Part shown: positions 63,384 to 64,000 of the stretch, in pieces
Position numbering within the stretch: position 1 is the first letter of the stretch
Layout: each line of letters begins with the position of its first letter
DNA from: a virus
IMG/VR virus record: IMGVR_UViG_3300005529_000002
Coordinates: 1-64,000 of that record
DNA: 64,000 nucleotides
Direction: 5' to 3' (one strand)
Notes under the pieces: generated by a model
What the model was told of the DNA's origin: nothing
What the model saw: only the letters and a program-made list of their open reading frames with translations
The model's database searches: none
Program-made: the position numbers and the translations under genes

Positions 63384-63652
63384 TGGCGGACACGGACCCA
63401 CCCCCGGCATTCAGCTTCGACGGCTCGTGGCCGTTCACCGGGACCCCGGAGGTCTCAGGCCACCCGGTAGCTACCGTCACCGCGTTCACCGTCCAGGCCG
63501 CCCCCGACGGCATACCTGCGGTCACCCTGACTCTCGTCGGCCCGGACGCGCTGCGCCTGGCGCTGGCTCCCGGCGCGGCACGGGTGCAGGTCTCGGACCA
63601 GACCCGTGAGGCGCTGATCTCGCTCGGCTGGACGCCGCCGTCAGAACGGTGA
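63383..63652 (+). CDS. Hypothetical protein (paralog 2)
   Basis: ATG at 63383 overlaps the previous stop; ends LISLGWTPPSER. Confidence 0.65.
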   Translation: MADTDPPPAFSFDGSWPFTGTPEVSGHPVATVTAFTVQAAPDGIPAVTLTLVGPDALRLALAPGAARVQVSDQTREALISLGWTPPSER

Positions 63653-63665
63653 AGCGGGGGGATGG

Positions 63666-64000
63666 ATGAGCCTCCGGTCCCGCGCGGCACTCCTTGACCG
63701 GCCCGGCAGCACCGTGGCCGTCGCCAAGACGTTCGGTCCCGGTGTCCCGGAGTCGTTCCGGCAGGGCGAGCAGCAGTCCCAGATGACCCCGTCGTCCCCG
63801 TTCTCGCCGGGGACCCCGATCGGGCCGTACGACGGATACGACCGGGTACCGCGATCCCGCGATTTCGTCACCGGGTACAACATCGCGGCCCGGCCCCGGC
63901 TGCACGAACGGGTGTCGTTCGGCACGCTGAAGGGCCTCATCGAGGCGTACGACGTCGCTTCCTTGTGTATCTGGCACAGGATCGACTCCATCCGGTCCCT
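63666..64000 (+). CDS. Portal protein, N-terminus (truncated by window end)
   Basis: PFSPGTPIGP..PRSRDFVTGYNI..RPR..VSF..L..L..YDVASLCI.HR; follows terL. Confidence 0.75.
   Translation, partial: MSLRSRAALLDRPGSTVAVAKTFGPGVPESFRQGEQQSQMTPSSPFSPGTPIGPYDGYDRVPRSRDFVTGYNIAARPRLHERVSFGTLKGLIEAYDVASLCIWHRIDSIRS

Noticed and set aside
1-64000. tRNA, rRNA, reverse transcriptase (DGR/retron) or IS transposase
   Set aside because: I saw no cloverleaf/T-loop signatures, RT motifs or DDE transposase by eye; a tRNAscan/HMM run would be needed to exclude them formally.

Overview
High-GC actinobacterial (probably filamentous actinomycete) temperate phage or prophage, roughly the left two-thirds of the genome. 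Order: large serine integrase at the left edge, with a coupled Phd-like gene; a Xer-like tyrosine recombinase with a dif-like 28-bp site; a candidate structured RNA and an unannotated 33-aa membrane peptide; a ~35-kb leftward early region (small hypotheticals, STAS protein, N4/N6 and C5 DNA methyltransferases, SNF2 and DEAD helicases, DnaB, DnaC-like loader, replication initiator with internal iterons, DUF5131, HNH nucleases, DEDD exonuclease, RecE-like exonuclease and putative annealase); the cro/repressor switch at ~39 kb; an accessory region (SCO2317-like methyltransferase, BldC-like, GntR, XRE, Phd/RelE pair); a rightward block resembling an actinomycete conjugation module (WhiB, TraB/FtsK with CTAAC repeats, mIHF, DUF2637); then the start of the late region (terminase subunits and the portal N-terminus, cut by the window end). 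Main highlights: (1) a TraB/clt/Spd-like transfer module plus Xer/dif inside a terminase- and portal-encoding phage; (2) two independent HNH insertions, each bringing a replacement C-terminus for the gene it invades and leaving the old tail orphaned downstream; (3) the peptide plus structured-RNA locus at 3.7-4.2 kb. All family calls come from motif recognition by eye; no database search was run.
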